Source: Aplysia californica
Taxonomy: Eukaryota
Direction of reading: 5' to 3'
Assembly: GCF_000002075.1 (NCBI RefSeq)
Contig: NW_004798023.1
Location: forward strand, 158,488-222,487
DNA: 64,000 nucleotides
Part shown: piece after piece, positions 62,337 through 64,000 of the stretch
How the letters are laid out: the number at the start of each line of letters is the position of its first letter
How positions within the stretch are numbered: position 1 is the first letter of the stretch
Position numbers and translations under genes: made by a program
The notes under the pieces: generated by a model
Told to the model about the DNA's origin: nothing
What the model saw: the letters and a program-made list of their open reading frames with translations, nothing else
Database searches by the model: none

Positions 62337-64000
62337 GTTGACCTGTTGTAGTAGTAGCTGAGCTACACAGCGATTCACCCTGAGGAAAAGTAACGACAAA
62401 AATGACGGTGAAGCACACTAACAATCATTAATAAGAAGAAGGTTTAAACTATAAAACAATCTGATTTCTTCCCCTGACAGCTCTCAGCCTACAAGACCTG
62501 TGCACCTGACCAAAAACTCATATGGAGTAAAATTTGGTGGTCCCCTTCAACCTGAGGCATTCACTTGCTCTAACTCACAAGCTTCTAAAATGTACTAACA
62601 CTGTTAGAAAGTTGCTTTTATCACAAGTTTCTGTAGAAGCATTTTCGTTATTTAATTAGGTGTATTGGGTGGAAGTATTATTCTCATGACCTTGTTTTGA
62701 AACATACGAAAGCTGTCCTCAAGCTTGGAGACAAGAAGATCAGACTTGCCAACTTCATGTCAAAAATAGGAATTATCATCAGCATCCTCCCAAAAATTCT
62801 GGAGTCTTGGGGAAAAAAGTCCCTAGAACCCCAGTAGAATCACATCACATTACAAACCAATCAAGGCCACTGGCGGTGGGTGGACCAAAATCTGGGTGGG
62901 GCTTAGGTTGCTTCCAGTTCTTTGCCACCAAATAGCAAGCAATAATGAACCAAACAGTGATGATTTTTCTATACTAACGGTGAGCCACAGCATTTTGAGA
63001 ACCATTCAAACGAGAGGAGTTGCCTTTGTTTTCCATCTCTTTGTTCTTAGTTAAATTCTTGTTGATGGTGGGGACGAAGCCGATTCACCTCCAAATTTCC
63101 TCTAATTAGTTTTCTTGTGATGAAAAAGTTGCCTTAAAAGTAGTTCGACCTGATTTATATCTGTTAAATCTCAGAGGCACAAACACAAACATGCACACAC
63201 GGCACTTCAAACATAATACTTCTATGAGCTGGATTAGGCCGTGTAGTCGAGAAAGTTGAACACACCCAAAAAAGAACCAATGAGCGCATAGGTATCTGTG
63301 TCAGTGGGGGAAAGTGTGTCGTAAACTTTCACCCCATTGTCAGGGCTAGGAGAGCATGAGCCCTCGGTACAGTGTTATTTTTTCCAAGTCTTCTACCTTT
63401 TTACCACAAGAGTTTCATTAAGGACGGACTGTGGGAAAAGGGCTCATCTTCGCTGAACCCTACAGACATTTGATTGGCTGCTGGGTTACTATAGTTGTAA
63501 GCCGTGACAACAGTGATTGGATAAGCGAGCAAGCTGCCAAGTTGATCACTCTGTGTTCATTGCCTGCGGTCATAACGATTTCAACTGCTTATTTCATTAT
63601 GGAGAAACTTTCGTTTTTTGGGGGGATAGAGTTGGGGATGGTGGGTGGGGAGGGGGTAGGGGTTCAAGCCCGTGAGCCCTTCACTACCCACCGCCACTGA
63701 TCAAGGCAAACAAATATATATTGCACCAGCACACATTTGCACTGTTTTGGGGGGCTAAACTGACACATTTTAGCTTCAGAACACACATATTTCACAAAAT
63801 GAAGCTCCCGTACGCATAGCATCGAGGCTACGTGTACAGCCCTCCACTTCACATAGTAAGCTAGGCTATGTAGGCGGCACATAAACTATCGGTAAATTTT
63901 TACTTTCATTCCCACACACAGATGCACTGCTTCGGGGGTCAAATTGCAGTACTGTTTGCTGCAGATCACATATAAAGCCACTAAAACTGTCCCAAATCAA

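Overview
AT-rich, intron-rich invertebrate (bilaterian, probably lophotrochozoan; taxon is inference) nuclear DNA with one 297-N gap. Three protein-coding genes were reconstructed exon by exon with in-frame splice junctions: NUDT1/MTH1 (- strand, 3 coding exons, 158 aa), GPS1/CSN1 (+ strand, 14 exons, 484 aa) and a divergent V-ATPase V0 subunit a gene (- strand, at least 22 coding exons, about 885 aa, one GC-AG intron). NUDT1 and GPS1 diverge from an ETS-motif region near 10.25 kb; GPS1 and the V-ATPase gene converge. The best non-coding find is a box H/ACA snoRNA in GPS1 intron 12 whose 3' pocket is complementary to 17 contiguous nt of a conserved 28S rRNA segment; a weaker C/D box candidate lies in intron 7. 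The V-ATPase loop before TM7 spans about 11 kb and holds several phase-0 cassette/micro-exon candidates. Introns carry many MITEs and two short retroposon families sharing a covarying 3' stem-loop, almost all co-oriented with their host gene. No CRISPR array, rRNA gene, true tRNA gene or autonomous transposon is supported. Comparisons with human, yeast and rRNA sequences are from memory and need checking.
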